A stretch of DNA of 64,000 nucleotides from Leptospira sp. (GTDB lineage: Bacteria > Spirochaetota > Leptospiria > Leptospirales > Leptospiraceae), in contig JAWXAQ010000008.1 of NCBI GenBank assembly GCA_034439575.1, positions 1-64,000 on the forward strand. Reading direction: 5' to 3'. Shown one piece after another: positions 43,243 to 54,956 of this stretch; position 1 is the stretch's first letter; every line of letters begins with the position of its first letter. A program made the translations under genes and the position numbers. The notes beneath the pieces were generated by a model. That model was given only the letters and a program-made list of their open reading frames with translations. It had not been told where the DNA came from and did not search any database.

Positions 43243-43551
43243 CTAAGCTTTTCCTTTTTGTGCCCAGAAATAGATTAGGACAAAAACCCCGATACCAGTG
43301 AGAGCGATAAGCATCCACCAGCCACTTTTTCCGATGTCGTGCAATCTACGAACACCAACTGCTAAGTAAGGAAGCAGGATCGCTAATGAAAATACACCGC
43401 CAGCGATTGGATGAATTTGATTGAGAATGTTACTCACTACAAAATTAAACAGGGCAAACCACCAGAACTCAGGACGAGCTGCAGTACCATTGAAGTCCAC
43501 ATATTTTGTGAAACATGTTTTTAGGGAATCTTGAATCTCTTGTAATACCAT
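43243..43551 (-). CDS. DUF805-family membrane protein
   Basis: KYVDFNGTAARPEFWWF, VRRLHDIGKSGWW. Confidence 0.92.
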   Translation of the reverse strand: MVLQEIQDSLKTCFTKYVDFNGTAARPEFWWFALFNFVVSNILNQIHPIAGGVFSLAILLPYLAVGVRRLHDIGKSGWWMLIALTGIGVFVLIYFWAQKGKA

Positions 43552-43650
43552 ATCTTAATTATCCTTAAATCGAAATTTTTTATCTTTACGACCGAGTGAG
43601 AATCATATCCATTTTTAATCCGAAGTAAAGGAAAAAATTATATTTACATT

Positions 43651-44607
43651 ATGAAATATCAATTTGTACTCATTGCACTATTTTTGGTGAATCCAATGTA
43701 TGCTTTTGATTATCAGTTTATCGATGGAAGTGGGAATTCCTATAAAATAATTCAAGGATCGGGGATTCGTCTAAATTATGATCCCATCACTCCAGAAATG
43801 AGTTCGAGTGGCTTGTATTCAGGTGGTGAACCAAATTCAAGTTTGTTGGCTCCCGGACAATTGAAAGACTTCGAAAATTTGATCCAAACATTAAATCTCA
43901 AAGAAGGTAAGGCTCCTCCAGATCGAAAGAAAGGAACTTCTATTTTTATTAGGATTTCTGACAAAAAAACAGAGACTTTTCATTTTGTCATACATGATCC
44001 CAAGGCAAAAAAGATTGAAACTTTTTTGAAAGATTGTATAAAATCATCGAATGAGTCTGGAGAAATGAAACTCTCACCAACTAACAAATATTTGATTACT
44101 AGGGATGAAAGCCCTTGGAATGGAATGACAGGATCTTATGAAGAAGAAGAAAAAAGCAAAAAAATATTTGCACAAAACGCAAAAACAATAGGTTTGATCC
44201 CTATTTCTACTCCAAAAGAAATCATATTTCAAAACGAATCTTTACTATATTATACTCAAAATCCAAAGTCTGTAGTAGTGGACCAAAAATATTTTTCTAA
44301 TTTAACCCGAGTTGATGTTACAAAATTAAAAAAAGAAGAATCTTTGTTAATCGGAAATTATCATAAACAAAGCGGGATCAATGAACTAACTATCATTAAC
44401 TTTCTTATCAAAGGACAAATATTAATTTCCTATTGGCATATGGATGCCGAATTAAAATTTATCTCGGAAGAAAAATCTGTGCAGAAAAAATGTTTTTCTT
44501 TTTTAGGAAAACATCACTATTATACAAATGAAAAAAACACAGGGCATTATTCATTTAAACTTTGTTTAGATTCAGAAAATGGCGAGATAACTGTGATCGG
44601 AAATTGA
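43651..44607 (+). CDS. Exported hypothetical protein
   Basis: Signal peptide; DGSGNSY...YDPITPEMSSSGLYSGG. Confidence 0.65.
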   Translation: MKYQFVLIALFLVNPMYAFDYQFIDGSGNSYKIIQGSGIRLNYDPITPEMSSSGLYSGGEPNSSLLAPGQLKDFENLIQTLNLKEGKAPPDRKKGTSIFIRISDKKTETFHFVIHDPKAKKIETFLKDCIKSSNESGEMKLSPTNKYLITRDESPWNGMTGSYEEEEKSKKIFAQNAKTIGLIPISTPKEIIFQNESLLYYTQNPKSVVVDQKYFSNLTRVDVTKLKKEESLLIGNYHKQSGINELTIINFLIKGQILISYWHMDAELKFISEEKSVQKKCFSFLGKHHYYTNEKNTGHYSFKLCLDSENGEITVIGN

Positions 44608-44610
44608 TTT

Positions 44611-46212
44611 TTAGTCTAAATTATGTAAAACAGTATCTATGCGAGATGGGGATCTGTCTTCTTTATAATCAGTACTAAAATGCAGACCACGACTTTCTTT
44701 TCTAAGCAGTGCAGATCTTACGATAAGGTCAGCAACTTTAACTAAATTTCTAAGTTCAAGTAGTCCCAGAGAAACAGTAGTTCGGTTGTAATAGTCTTTG
44801 ACTTCTTCTGAGATAAGGCTGAGTCTTCGTAAAGCTCGTTCTAATCGTAAATTGGACCTAACGATTCCCACATAATTACTCATAATAGTTTTAATTTCAC
44901 CTAGGTTATGCGAAATCAATACCCATTCTTCTGTATTTGTAGTGCCTTCTTTATTCCAATCTGGAATTTCTTTACTTTCCGAAGGAAATTGAAGTTTTCC
45001 TTGTTTTCGTATGTCATCTGCTATGCGATGAGAAAAAACGAGGCACTCCAATAAACTATTGGATGCGAGGCGATTCCCACCATGTACGCCAGTGCAAGTA
45101 GTTTCACCACAAGCATATAAATCCTGGATATTGGTTCTTCCAAAAAGATCCGTGGCCACCCCTCCACACATATAATGTGCCGCAGGCACTACTGGAATCG
45201 GGTCAGTGGTAATATCAATGCCTAGTTTTTTACATCTTTCATATATGGAAGGAAAGTGTTGGATGATATCATTGGCAGGTCGATGTGTGATGTCGAGAAG
45301 CACATAGGATTCTCCTCTTTTTTTCATCGTGTCGTCTATCGCTCGTGCTACGATGTCTCTAGGTGCGAGCTCTCCCATTTCATGATAATCCTTCATAAAA
45401 GGACGACCATTCATCTCCCGTAGGATGCCCCCATGACCGCGCACAGCTTCCGAAATTAAAAAGCTATTTCCTTGTTCATGGAAAAGAGAAGTAGGATGGA
45501 ACTGGTAAAATTCCATATTTTTAATCACAGCACCAGCCCGGTACGCACTAGCGACTCCATCACCTGTCGCAATACTAGGGTTAGTTGTATGTAGGTAGAC
45601 TTGTCCTGCACCACCAGTCGCAAGTAATGTTTTTTTAGCGATTACGGGGAATACTTCTGCAGTCTCTGTATCGACAATATAGGCCCCATAACATCGAAGG
45701 GGCAGACCTTCTTTGTTTTTTAAATGGTGGCGCGTCATTAAATCCACGCAGGCATGATTTTCTAAAATTTGAATGTTTGGTGTGGCGTGAACTGCATCTA
45801 ACAAGGCCGCTTCGACGGCACTACCTGTACGATCATGTGAATGTACGATTCTATTTTTTCTATGACCACCTTCTCGTGCGAGATCCAAATTCCCAGAATC
45901 ATCCTTGGTAAATGGCACTCCGATATCCAGGAGTTCTCTCACCCGAGTGGGCCCTTCTTCTACAAGCACACGTACGGCATCTAAATCACATAGACCCGCA
46001 CCAGCACTCAGAGTATCTTCAATATGTTCTTCGAATTTATCTTTGTCATCAAAAACGGATGCAATACCACCTTGCGCATAATTGGTGTTTGATTCGTAGT
46101 CAGCTTTTTTTGTAACAACAACAACACTTCCCAAAGGAGCGAGTTTTAGGGCACTAAATAGCCCACTGACTCCACTCCCAATAATTAGAAAGTCGGTGGT
46201 AATCCGATTCAC
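44611..46212 (-). CDS. nadB: L-aspartate oxidase
   Basis: [42 protein letters not shown]. Confidence 0.96.
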   Translation of the reverse strand: MNRITTDFLIIGSGVSGLFSALKLAPLGSVVVVTKKADYESNTNYAQGGIASVFDDKDKFEEHIEDTLSAGAGLCDLDAVRVLVEEGPTRVRELLDIGVPFTKDDSGNLDLAREGGHRKNRIVHSHDRTGSAVEAALLDAVHATPNIQILENHACVDLMTRHHLKNKEGLPLRCYGAYIVDTETAEVFPVIAKKTLLATGGAGQVYLHTTNPSIATGDGVASAYRAGAVIKNMEFYQFHPTSLFHEQGNSFLISEAVRGHGGILREMNGRPFMKDYHEMGELAPRDIVARAIDDTMKKRGESYVLLDITHRPANDIIQHFPSIYERCKKLGIDITTDPIPVVPAAHYMCGGVATDLFGRTNIQDLYACGETTCTGVHGGNRLASNSLLECLVFSHRIADDIRKQGKLQFPSESKEIPDWNKEGTTNTEEWVLISHNLGEIKTIMSNYVGIVRSNLRLERALRRLSLISEEVKDYYNRTTVSLGLLELRNLVKVADLIVRSALLRKESRGLHFSTDYKEDRSPSRIDTVLHNLD

Positions 46213-48053
46213 TTGGTATTTAAAAAACCTTCTATATAGTCCACTGCTCTTACTAACATATAGTCTGGTTTGATCGCATCACTTGAGTGTTGTTTTAAAA
46301 ATGTGTCTGCTTTTCCATTTTTCTTCACATAGTTTTTGATGGCTTCGATATTGAACTTTGATTTAACAATGCCTTCATGTGGGATTTTAGGTAAGTGGTT
46401 CCACATATCTTCTTCCCGGTAACGGAAGGGAAATCCACCATCGGCTTCTTCTGAAAGTTCGATATCTGGACTCACACCTACAACCTGGATTGTTTTGCCA
46501 GACGGAGCATAATATCTTGAATTTGTGAGTTTTAGCACATAATCGTCATTACCTGGCAGTGGATCGATTAACCTTTGTACAGTGGCTTTTCCAAAAGTTC
46601 TTTCTCCGAGAAGTAAACCACGGCCGTGATGTTGGATAGCACTTGCCACAATTTCCGATGCAGATGCTGATTTTGCATTGATAAGAACAACTAGCGGTAG
46701 TTTTGTGATATCTTCTTTGTTTGCGTATTGGTCATCAGAGGATGTACGATTTGGAACTTTTGTTGATACGATAAGGCCTTTGGAAATAAACATATCTGCT
46801 ATATCTACCGCTAAGTCCAAATACCCGCCTGAGTTATTGCGGAGATCAAGAACGAGCGCTTTCATTTCTTTACCGTTCGCTTTTGCTTCTTCTTCTAATG
46901 CTCGTAATCCTTTTACGATTTGGGATTCGACAGGCTCTTCACCGTTCGCTTTGACAAAGCCAGTTAATTTGATATAACCAATTTGTGGATTTTCTTTGAG
47001 CAAGTGGTGAGTCACATTTTTGATTGTGATTTTATCTCGTATCACTTCGATATCAAGACTTGCCGTATTTCCTTTTCGTTTGATCGTGAGTACAACTTTT
47101 GTGGCTTTTTTGCTTTTGATTTTTTTAACAACTTTGTCGAGGGATTGGCCTTTGATCAGTTTATTGTCAACAGCCACGATGATATCACCTGAACGAATTC
47201 CTGCTTTAACAGCTGGGCTACCTTCAAGTGGGCTTTCTACTATCACTTCTCTTGTGCCACCGCCAGATAGTATAGCGCCGATGCCTTCAAAAGAACCATC
47301 AGAGATCTTTGCCATCGACTCTTCCCACATTTCTTTCAAAAAAACACTAGAATGTGGATCGAGAGAATTAAGATAACCGTTTGCAGCAGCGAGGAACACT
47401 TGTTCCATGGAAAATTCTTTTTTATCTTCTTCTGGCTCTTCTTCTAGGTCACCATCAAGTTCTGCGAGACCCTTTAGAACAGGAGTATTGTAAGTGGAAA
47501 GATTATCTTTTACATAAGTAATCACTCGATCAAAATCTTTTTTAGTAAAATTGATCTCTTCCCATTTAGCGGAGATTACAGATTTCTTTAATTTTTCTTT
47601 CTCTATCAGTTTTTTTAATTCTTCATCAGAAAGTTTTTTATTTTCATTCTTTTTGATTTTTTCTTTCTGAATTTTTTCAACCTGATCATAATCTGGATCA
47701 AATAATACGAATTTGTCGGAAGGAGAAATCTTAAATGATTTTCCTGGATACATTTCCTCTTTGTCTTCGTATTTATCTCTTTCATTGAAATAACTTTCAG
47801 GATAAAGATAAAGCGGATGAGGCATCGTCATCACTGCATAAACGGCCGCATCGGTGAAGGCACGATTTTTGTTAATATTTTTGTCAATGTAGTATTTGTC
47901 GATGGAGTCGACAACTTGTTCAAAGTCAGAATAAGTAAAATCAGTATCCCTTTTGGGAGCTTTTTTAGCTTCTCTTTCGCAAGATATAAATCCAGCGGGC
48001 ATTGTGAAACTAAGGAGTAAGAATATGGAAATTAAATAAAGATTTCGTCTCAA
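46209..48053 (-). CDS. C-terminal processing protease (S41, PDZ)
   Basis: [33 protein letters not shown]. Confidence 0.93.
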   Translation of the reverse strand: MRRNLYLISIFLLLSFTMPAGFISCEREAKKAPKRDTDFTYSDFEQVVDSIDKYYIDKNINKNRAFTDAAVYAVMTMPHPLYLYPESYFNERDKYEDKEEMYPGKSFKISPSDKFVLFDPDYDQVEKIQKEKIKKNENKKLSDEELKKLIEKEKLKKSVISAKWEEINFTKKDFDRVITYVKDNLSTYNTPVLKGLAELDGDLEEEPEEDKKEFSMEQVFLAAANGYLNSLDPHSSVFLKEMWEESMAKISDGSFEGIGAILSGGGTREVIVESPLEGSPAVKAGIRSGDIIVAVDNKLIKGQSLDKVVKKIKSKKATKVVLTIKRKGNTASLDIEVIRDKITIKNVTHHLLKENPQIGYIKLTGFVKANGEEPVESQIVKGLRALEEEAKANGKEMKALVLDLRNNSGGYLDLAVDIADMFISKGLIVSTKVPNRTSSDDQYANKEDITKLPLVVLINAKSASASEIVASAIQHHGRGLLLGERTFGKATVQRLIDPLPGNDDYVLKLTNSRYYAPSGKTIQVVGVSPDIELSEEADGGFPFRYREEDMWNHLPKIPHEGIVKSKFNIEAIKNYVKKNGKADTFLKQHSSDAIKPDYMLVRAVDYIEGFLNTK

Positions 48054-48166
48054 GGGAACTCTCTGCTTTTGTGGTGTAATTATTCAAGGAAATCTTAAAT
48101 TTCCAGACTGGGCAACTGAAAAAACATAAGACAAACCTCGAATCTGATTATAAGGTAGACATTGTT

Positions 48167-49102
48167 ATGCACCGATTTGGCCCGATTCTTTTTTTTACTG
48201 CACTATTTTTTTCCTGCATCGGCAATGGGAATCATCCAACCAGTGATCCTTATAGCTTAGAAACTCTGACATTTCTAGAAGAAGTGCTTTTGGATGTCTG
48301 GGAAAGCAGTGAAAGTCGCGAACCAGCCCTGACTCGCCTAAGATATGTCTGTCGAAATCAAGACACAGATGATGGTTTTTTGTGTTATACTTTAGGTCTC
48401 ATAGAGTACAAGAGGGGCAATTTTAACGATAGCTATACGGCTTTCAAAAAGGCACTCGAGAAAAATCCAAATGATTCCCTATATAAAAATCTACTCAGAC
48501 TCTCTGCCGAAAGGTCAGAAAATTTGTCAGATTTAGCCGCTATGAATGAAGAAGGTCGGGTTCAGGCACTTTATTCTGCTACAATCGTAAATTGCCATTC
48601 CCAAACAAAACAAGAAGAACATTTTCCGAGTTTCTTGGCCCTTGCCAAAGAAGGTCACCTTACGCAAGATATGCTAAAAAAAGGTGTGTTTTCTCATTGT
48701 TATTCAAAGTTAACGGAAACAGAAAAATCTGAAATCACTAAGCATGTAAAACCAAGTCGGATCAATTATGCAGAAAGGGCAGTGGCAGACAAAGTCAAAT
48801 CAGATCCCTTTTCAAAAGTTTGGGATACATCCTATTTTCATAAAGGGGTAGAGCCAAAAGATGGATTTACCTATTCGCATCCAATTTCCGAAGTTTGGCG
48901 AAAGCTAAAAATGGCCGCAAAAGCGGGAGATCAAACTTCAGCCCGCAATTATTTAAAACAATTCCAATCCGAAATCCAAACTGCAAAAAAGAGAGGAAAA
49001 ACCGAAGCAGGGCTTGCCTTGGCACTGGAGAGATCCGCCAAACTTTTATTAGAACAAGACCCTTATTATACCAAAGTTAGTTTTTTATCGAAAGAACTTT
49101 GA
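48167..49102 (+). CDS. TPR-containing lipoprotein
   Basis: FFSC lipobox; YTLGLIEYKRGNF...FKKALEKNPND. Confidence 0.8.
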   Translation: MHRFGPILFFTALFFSCIGNGNHPTSDPYSLETLTFLEEVLLDVWESSESREPALTRLRYVCRNQDTDDGFLCYTLGLIEYKRGNFNDSYTAFKKALEKNPNDSLYKNLLRLSAERSENLSDLAAMNEEGRVQALYSATIVNCHSQTKQEEHFPSFLALAKEGHLTQDMLKKGVFSHCYSKLTETEKSEITKHVKPSRINYAERAVADKVKSDPFSKVWDTSYFHKGVEPKDGFTYSHPISEVWRKLKMAAKAGDQTSARNYLKQFQSEIQTAKKRGKTEAGLALALERSAKLLLEQDPYYTKVSFLSKEL

Positions 49103-49838
49103 GATAATCTTTAATCGTTTGGTCCATACCGTCAATTAATGCCTGTGATACGAGACGATGGCCTATGGAAACTTCTGCTAGGTGAGGCAATTTAGCAAAG
49201 ACAGTAAGATTGTTTGTATCAAGGTCATGCCCCGCATTGATTCCAAGCCCTAAGGAATGAGCAAGATTTGCTGCCGATTCATATTCTTTAAAAAAAACTT
49301 TTCCAGATTCGGCAGATTTATCATACGCATGGGCAAAAGGTCCTGTATAAAGTTCAATTCTATCTGCCCCTATGGCTTTTGCGATTTCGTAGCCTTCAGT
49401 ATCGGTATCCATAAAAAGGGAAATGCGAAGGCCAATGGGTTTACATGCCTCGATGGCCTTGATGACGGCCGCTTTTTCGCCCTTATGAAATAAATTAAAT
49501 CCATGGTCAGAGGTAATTTCACCTGGGATCACTGGAACTAAAGTCACTTGGTCGGGTTTCGTTTCCAGGACAAGTTTCATAAAACGATCGCTAGGTTCCC
49601 CTTCGATATTGAATTCTTTTTTGGAATTGTGTTTTTGGTTGTAATTGAGTAAAAAATCTTTGATGGCAAAAACATCTTCTGTTGTGATATGGCGTTCGTC
49701 TTCTCTCGGGTGAATGGTGATTCCGTCTGCCCCCGCATCTAAGATAATTTCGCAAAAATGCGTGACACTGGGTATTTTACCCCCTCTAGAATTTCGTAGA
49801 GTGGCTATTTTGTTTACATTTACACTTAATTGGGTCAT
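49077..49838 (-). CDS. pdxJ: Pyridoxine 5'-phosphate synthase
   Basis: LSVNVNKIATLRNSRG, ITIHPREDERHI, NAGHDL, EVSIGH. Confidence 0.96.
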   Translation of the reverse strand: MTQLSVNVNKIATLRNSRGGKIPSVTHFCEIILDAGADGITIHPREDERHITTEDVFAIKDFLLNYNQKHNSKKEFNIEGEPSDRFMKLVLETKPDQVTLVPVIPGEITSDHGFNLFHKGEKAAVIKAIEACKPIGLRISLFMDTDTEGYEIAKAIGADRIELYTGPFAHAYDKSAESGKVFFKEYESAANLAHSLGLGINAGHDLDTNNLTVFAKLPHLAEVSIGHRLVSQALIDGMDQTIKDYLKVLSIKN

Positions 49839-49943
49839 ATTAAAAAAAATACTTTCCTATAAATTAATTCCAGGAGAAAAACGTCAAATTTCAAAAAGGT
49901 TGTCCCGTGACAGGGGTCTCAAAAGATCGTCAAAAGTACTCCT

Positions 49944-50450
49944 ATGGTAGCAAAGAAAGCATTGAAAAAATCAGCCCCATCGGCGAAGAAAAAAGCACCA
50001 GCCAAAGAAAAGCCTGTAAAGGCAAATAAACCGGCTGGTAAAAATGAGGATAAATCAAAATCCTCTGCGGCGGCAAAACCTGCCCCTAAGTCAAAGTTAT
50101 CTACCCCAGCACCAAAAAGTGCTGGAAAAGAAAAAATTTCTACATCAGGTGCCACAAACACACCAAAAGCGAAGGCCGAAATCAGTTCGAATGGACCCCT
50201 TGGAAAAAAATTCTCCTGTTACTCTTGTAATACAAAATTTTACGATTTAAATAAACCGGAAAAAAAATGTCCCAAATGCGGTGCTGACCAATTGGCAAAA
50301 CCCGCGATCAAATCCAGGTTAGCTGCGATTCGTCAAAGTGAATACGAGGTCGATGAAGAAGAACCAGTTGTGGAAGATGATGAAATCTTAGAAGAAGCAG
50401 AAGAAATCGAAGAGACAGATGAAGAAGAGGTTGTAGCAGAAGAAGAATAG
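49944..50450 (+). CDS. FYDLN-acid (TIGR02300-like) zinc-ribbon protein with Lys/Ala-rich N-terminus
   Basis: [22 protein letters not shown] plus acidic tail. Confidence 0.88.
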   Translation: MVAKKALKKSAPSAKKKAPAKEKPVKANKPAGKNEDKSKSSAAAKPAPKSKLSTPAPKSAGKEKISTSGATNTPKAKAEISSNGPLGKKFSCYSCNTKFYDLNKPEKKCPKCGADQLAKPAIKSRLAAIRQSEYEVDEEEPVVEDDEILEEAEEIEETDEEEVVAEEE

Positions 50451-50492
50451 CTACCCTTACAAAAATCAATTATTGATTTCTGTAAAACATTC

Positions 50493-51398
50493 ATGTCTCC
50501 CGTTTCAAATGTTCTCCCCATTCTTGCCGGACCAACTGGATCCGGCAAAACTTCTCTCGTCACTTCCTTATCCTCAGATGTTTTTGAAGTCGTATCTTTT
50601 GATTCGCGTCAAGTTTTTGCAGAATTGCCAATTGGTACAACCTTACCCACTCCCGAAGAACAAAAAAAAATGCCGCAACATTTGGTCGGTATCTTAAAGG
50701 CAAATGAAGAAATTAATGCAAGGGTATATTCGGAACTAGCAAAAGAAGCCATCAATGTTATATGGGGCAAGGGCAAAATTCCACTACTTGTTTGTGGGAG
50801 CGGTTTTTATTTGCGAGCTTTTTTGAACGGAATGTATCCAGTCCCTCTTGTCACACCCGAAATAAGAAGTGAAGCACAAAACATGGATTTGGTGAAAGCC
50901 ATTCAATTCATCAAATCCAAAGATCCATTAGCATTAACAAATATTGATTCTGCCGACGAATATAGAGTGAAACGAATTTTAGAAGTTTTGCTATCTGGTG
51001 ATACATGGACAAACATTTCGCAAACGACAACCGGAGGATTTTTAAAGGAACATCCTCATCTTTCTGTTCTGGGCTTTTGGTTGGATTGGCCAAGACCAGA
51101 ATTGTACACTCGGATCAATAAAAGAGTGCCTGAACTAATTTCGGGAATGTTAACAGAATCGAAATTTGTAATAAAGGAATACGGAATGGATTGCCCAGGG
51201 CTCAAATCTTTGGGTTATAATTTTGCGCTTGATTTCTTGAATGGAAATATTGATACTAATGCATTCATCGAACGTTTGGCACAGTCGCACAGAAACTATG
51301 CGAAAAGACAAGTGACTTGGTTTCGAAAAGACCCTATCCTCAGATCCATTTCATGGAATGAGGCGTTTGATGAATTAAAAAAAATAGAAAAAATATAG
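50493..51398 (+). CDS. miaA: tRNA dimethylallyltransferase
   Basis: [32 protein letters not shown]. Confidence 0.96.
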   Translation: MSPVSNVLPILAGPTGSGKTSLVTSLSSDVFEVVSFDSRQVFAELPIGTTLPTPEEQKKMPQHLVGILKANEEINARVYSELAKEAINVIWGKGKIPLLVCGSGFYLRAFLNGMYPVPLVTPEIRSEAQNMDLVKAIQFIKSKDPLALTNIDSADEYRVKRILEVLLSGDTWTNISQTTTGGFLKEHPHLSVLGFWLDWPRPELYTRINKRVPELISGMLTESKFVIKEYGMDCPGLKSLGYNFALDFLNGNIDTNAFIERLAQSHRNYAKRQVTWFRKDPILRSISWNEAFDELKKIEKI

Positions 51399-51415
51399 AA
51401 AATACTCGGGATCCC

Positions 51416-51661
51416 ATGTCTGCAAAAAACAATATCCAAGACCAACTTTTAAACACTGCTCGTAAGGAAAAAATTGACCTCACAATTTACTTGTTAAATG
51501 GAGTTCCTCTCAAAGGGAAAGTTGTTAGTTTTGATAATTTTACCATTATCTTAGAAAACGACGCAAAACAAAATCTCGTTTATAAACATGCCATCTCGAC
51601 CATCATCCCAGCAAAGCCGATTAAGTTGCATTCGGAAGATGCACCAAAGGATGGGGTTTAA
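51416..51661 (+). CDS. hfq: RNA chaperone Hfq
   Basis: QDQLLN...[19 protein letters not shown]...LVYKHAIST; directly after miaA. Confidence 0.96.
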   Translation: MSAKNNIQDQLLNTARKEKIDLTIYLLNGVPLKGKVVSFDNFTIILENDAKQNLVYKHAISTIIPAKPIKLHSEDAPKDGV

Positions 51662-51736
51662 ACACCCTTTTTCTTTTCTAGTTTTCGATTTGGTTCGTTT
51701 CTAAAATCTGGCTGTAAACTAGTATCCTTTGAATTT

Positions 51737-52807
51737 ATGGCAAAATTACAAAAAGAATTACCCGTCGTTTTAATTATGGCTGGGGGGAAGGGAGAGAGAT
51801 TTTGGCCCCGATCTCGCACCAACTCACCAAAACAACTCCAAAAGGTTTATTCAAATAAAACCCTTTTGAAAGAAACCATCGATCGTGCGTTAACGATCAC
51901 AAGTCTCGATCGCATTTTTATAGGAACAAATGCAAATCTAAAGAGCGAGATTTTAAAAAGAGACCCTAAATTTCCTTCTAATAATTTTATCATTGAACCT
52001 GAAGGTAAAAACACAGCTCCCATCATTGCACTTTCAGCTCTTTACTTTCAAAAGAAATTCGGCAATCCAAATCTTATTGTTTTATCTGCTGATGCATTTA
52101 TTGATCCAGTAAAAGAATTTACTAAGACCATCCAACAAGCATTATTCGAAACAGAACATGGGCTTGTTTTGTTAGGTGTGAAACCAAATCGTCCAGAAGT
52201 GGGATATGGTTATATCAGCGCGGGAAAACCTACGGAAGTGGGATTTCAAGTGAAGGCATTTTTTGAAAAGCCCGATCTCAAAACAGCACTCAAATACATT
52301 AAAAAATCAAATTTCTATTGGAACCCAGGTATTTTCCTATTTAGAGTGGAAATGATTCTTTCCGAATTTGAAAAACATGCTCCTGGTATATTACAAACCT
52401 TAAAGAATGGTTTTCCATTTAAGAATTTTGGGGATCTTAAAAATGCCTTTGCCATCCTTCCTAGCGAAGCGATTGATACCGCCATTATGGAAAAAAGCAC
52501 TCGCATTCGCATGGTGGAAGCGAGCTTCCAATGGGACGATGTGGGCTCATGGATGTCACTAGAACGGATCTTGCCTGGGGATGCGAACAAGAACCACCAC
52601 CAAGGAAAGGAAGTTTATTACCATAAAGCCAAGGGAAATATCTCTTCGGTGCAAAAAGACCTCGTTGCTTTTTTAGGCGTGAATGATTTAATCGTCGTAG
52701 AGGAACCAGATGTACTCTTTGTATCTTCGAGAGAAGGCTTGGCGGATATTAAATCCATGCTCGCTTCCATGAGGAAAAATAAAGTTTTACAAAAGTACCT
52801 TGATTAG
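51737..52807 (+). CDS. manC: Mannose-1-phosphate guanylyltransferase
   Basis: [15 protein letters not shown]...[19 protein letters not shown]. Confidence 0.92.
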   Translation: MAKLQKELPVVLIMAGGKGERFWPRSRTNSPKQLQKVYSNKTLLKETIDRALTITSLDRIFIGTNANLKSEILKRDPKFPSNNFIIEPEGKNTAPIIALSALYFQKKFGNPNLIVLSADAFIDPVKEFTKTIQQALFETEHGLVLLGVKPNRPEVGYGYISAGKPTEVGFQVKAFFEKPDLKTALKYIKKSNFYWNPGIFLFRVEMILSEFEKHAPGILQTLKNGFPFKNFGDLKNAFAILPSEAIDTAIMEKSTRIRMVEASFQWDDVGSWMSLERILPGDANKNHHQGKEVYYHKAKGNISSVQKDLVAFLGVNDLIVVEEPDVLFVSSREGLADIKSMLASMRKNKVLQKYLD

Positions 52808-52843
52808 AAATTTGGCTTAAACGGCCTAAGTAAGGAGGAAGGA

Positions 52844-52936
52844 ATGCCTTCCGGAAAAAAGAGAAAGCGCAGAAAAATTGCCACCCACAAACGTAAGAAG
52901 AAAAGAAGAGCCAACCGACACAAAAAGAAGAAATAA
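52844..52936 (+). CDS. 30-aa basic protein, small-subunit ribosomal protein bS22 (AURKAIP1/COX24 family)
   Basis: MPSGKKRKRRKIATHKRKKKRRANRHKKKK*; strong AAGGAGG RBS; below the ORF-track cut-off. Confidence 0.88.
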   Translation: MPSGKKRKRRKIATHKRKKKRRANRHKKKK

Positions 52937-52977
52937 TCTTCCTTCAGTGACTTTCTCTTTCCTCCGATAGATTTGCT

Positions 52978-53712
52978 ATGAAGCAAGTCTGGAGGAAGCA
53001 GAAACCCCGTACACCTGGTTTCATCCGAGCCTTTACCACAGTGACCCCTCTAGGAGATATCCTTGAGGCAGAGTTTAACTTTCACGAGAGGCTCGTTCGA
53101 CTAACAGCAGAAATAAAAGAAGAAAGGGGTCGCATTTACGCGACCACGATTCGTAACGGAGTTGTACTCCAAGAAAAAGACGTCTCCTCAGGTCGTGCCT
53201 ATCCCGTTTTTCGTAAGATCTGGCCATTCCGAGAGTATTATTCAGCTATCCCCGATAAAGACCTTGTTGCGACCATAGGTGGCTCATATGAGATCTATTC
53301 GCCATCGGATCCCAAAGATGCAGAAGAGGGAGCCTATCGGCGCGGTAGGAGTTCTGATTCTCCTTATTCGACAAAGTATGACTCTGTCTTTGGCATCATA
53401 CGAGAAACACGATTTCAAAAATGGCTAAGAAAAAGAAGAGAGGCAAAACTTTTACGAGGCACACTTTGGGAGAGATTCAAACGAAGGATCTGGGGTGATT
53501 TACAGGATTTATGCCTTGGTGTAGGACTTGCCTCCTTTGTTTATTATGCTTATTATGATTATGTCTTACTTGGTTGGAGTTTGGCATGTATGGGAATGGT
53601 TGTAGGACTACTTGATTTCCTTGTAAGAAAACGTTCCGTGTTATTTACAAAAGTGTTGTCTTTTCTATCCCTTGGTTCATATTTTTTCTATAATGGTTAC
53701 GTCTATTTTTAA
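52978..53712 (+). CDS. Hypothetical membrane protein
   Basis: Soluble N-terminus, C-terminal TM helices; in the run with cheW. Confidence 0.7.
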   Translation: MKQVWRKQKPRTPGFIRAFTTVTPLGDILEAEFNFHERLVRLTAEIKEERGRIYATTIRNGVVLQEKDVSSGRAYPVFRKIWPFREYYSAIPDKDLVATIGGSYEIYSPSDPKDAEEGAYRRGRSSDSPYSTKYDSVFGIIRETRFQKWLRKRREAKLLRGTLWERFKRRIWGDLQDLCLGVGLASFVYYAYYDYVLLGWSLACMGMVVGLLDFLVRKRSVLFTKVLSFLSLGSYFFYNGYVYF

Positions 53713-53734
53713 GACGGCAACCTCATAGAAAAAT

Positions 53735-54217
53735 ATGGCAAAAGAATCATCAAGTAGCAATCAATTCATTCACGAACAGTACATTATCTTTAATTTAGGC
53801 GATGAGGAATATGCGATACCTATCACTATCGTAGAAGAAATTGTCAAGATTACAAATCTCATTCGCATTCCCCAGTCTAAGAGCTATTTTGCGGGCATTA
53901 TGGATATCAGAGGTAAGGTGGTAAGAATGATTGACCTTACAAAAAGGTTAAACATTCGTAATGCGAATGCAGTTGAAAATGCAGAGCGTGCCATTGTAAT
54001 CAACATTGCAGGAAAATCTGTGGGTGTGATTGTGGACAAAGTATCTCATGTGATCCACTTTCCAGCAAATCAAGTGGATCCGCCTCCACCTTCTGTGAAG
54101 GGGATATCGTCTCGTTATATTACGGGAGTGGGAAAAAAAGATAATCGATTCATCATTTTGATAGATATTGAAAAAATTTTGACAGTAGAAGAAATTTCAG
54201 AGCTCGCAGTTGTTTAA
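53735..54217 (+). CDS. cheW: Chemotaxis coupling protein CheW
   Basis: [16 protein letters not shown]...[17 protein letters not shown]. Confidence 0.94.
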   Translation: MAKESSSSNQFIHEQYIIFNLGDEEYAIPITIVEEIVKITNLIRIPQSKSYFAGIMDIRGKVVRMIDLTKRLNIRNANAVENAERAIVINIAGKSVGVIVDKVSHVIHFPANQVDPPPPSVKGISSRYITGVGKKDNRFIILIDIEKILTVEEISELAVV

Positions 54218-54232
54218 ATAGATTAGAACTCT

Positions 54233-54946
54233 ATGATTATTTCTAAGTTTTATTACCTACGCAAAAACCTTTATACTATGGCGGAACTGGTGTTAGAGCA
54301 GGTAATATTACTTAGCGAGGCATTGGAAAATGATGACTACGACCAAGCCAATCAAATCGTAGAACGAGACGACTTGATAGACAATCTAGAAAAAGAAAAT
54401 GATAACCTTTCCCAAATTGCGATCCTTGAGGCGATTACAAATCGAAATATCCTCGGGATGGGCAATGTGGATAACGAGATCATTTTAAAGAAAGACCCGC
54501 TTCGCTTTGCCCTTTCTGCGATCCGGATCACAAGAAATATGGAACGTATGGGTGACCAAGTTGTCAATTGTGCGGAAGTATTTCGTTATAAAACAATTCG
54601 CCCTGGACTCTTTAAAAAAGAAGAACCTATGGGTCTGATACTTTCTCGTGTGACTACTCTCGCGGGGATGGCTATCGAATCTCTCGTTGAAGAAAAAGAA
54701 AGATTTATGGGAAGTGTGAATACCATCGAAGACGAGTTAAACGGTCTTTGTGATGATGCATTTCGCAAATACAGAGAATCGGATATGGCAAAAAATGAGT
54801 TTGCCGATGTATATCGTATTATTTTGGCTTTGGAAAGACTGGGTGATTATGCTGTGAATGTTGCCGAAGAGCTTGTTCGACTCAACACAGGTAAGGACAT
54901 TCGTCATTTAGAAAATACAAGCAGTGGGGCTGGAAAATTTCCTTAG
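54233..54946 (+). CDS. phoU: PhoU-family protein
   Basis: Two repeats: RDDLIDNLE...NMERMGD and EDELN...[13 protein letters not shown]. Confidence 0.8.
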   Translation: MIISKFYYLRKNLYTMAELVLEQVILLSEALENDDYDQANQIVERDDLIDNLEKENDNLSQIAILEAITNRNILGMGNVDNEIILKKDPLRFALSAIRITRNMERMGDQVVNCAEVFRYKTIRPGLFKKEEPMGLILSRVTTLAGMAIESLVEEKERFMGSVNTIEDELNGLCDDAFRKYRESDMAKNEFADVYRIILALERLGDYAVNVAEELVRLNTGKDIRHLENTSSGAGKFP

Positions 54947-54956
54947 AGGAATAGAA

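Noticed and set aside
52804-52986. 60-aa hydrophobic - strand ORF
   Set aside because: Antisense mirror of the Lys/Arg-rich bS22 gene, which has the RBS
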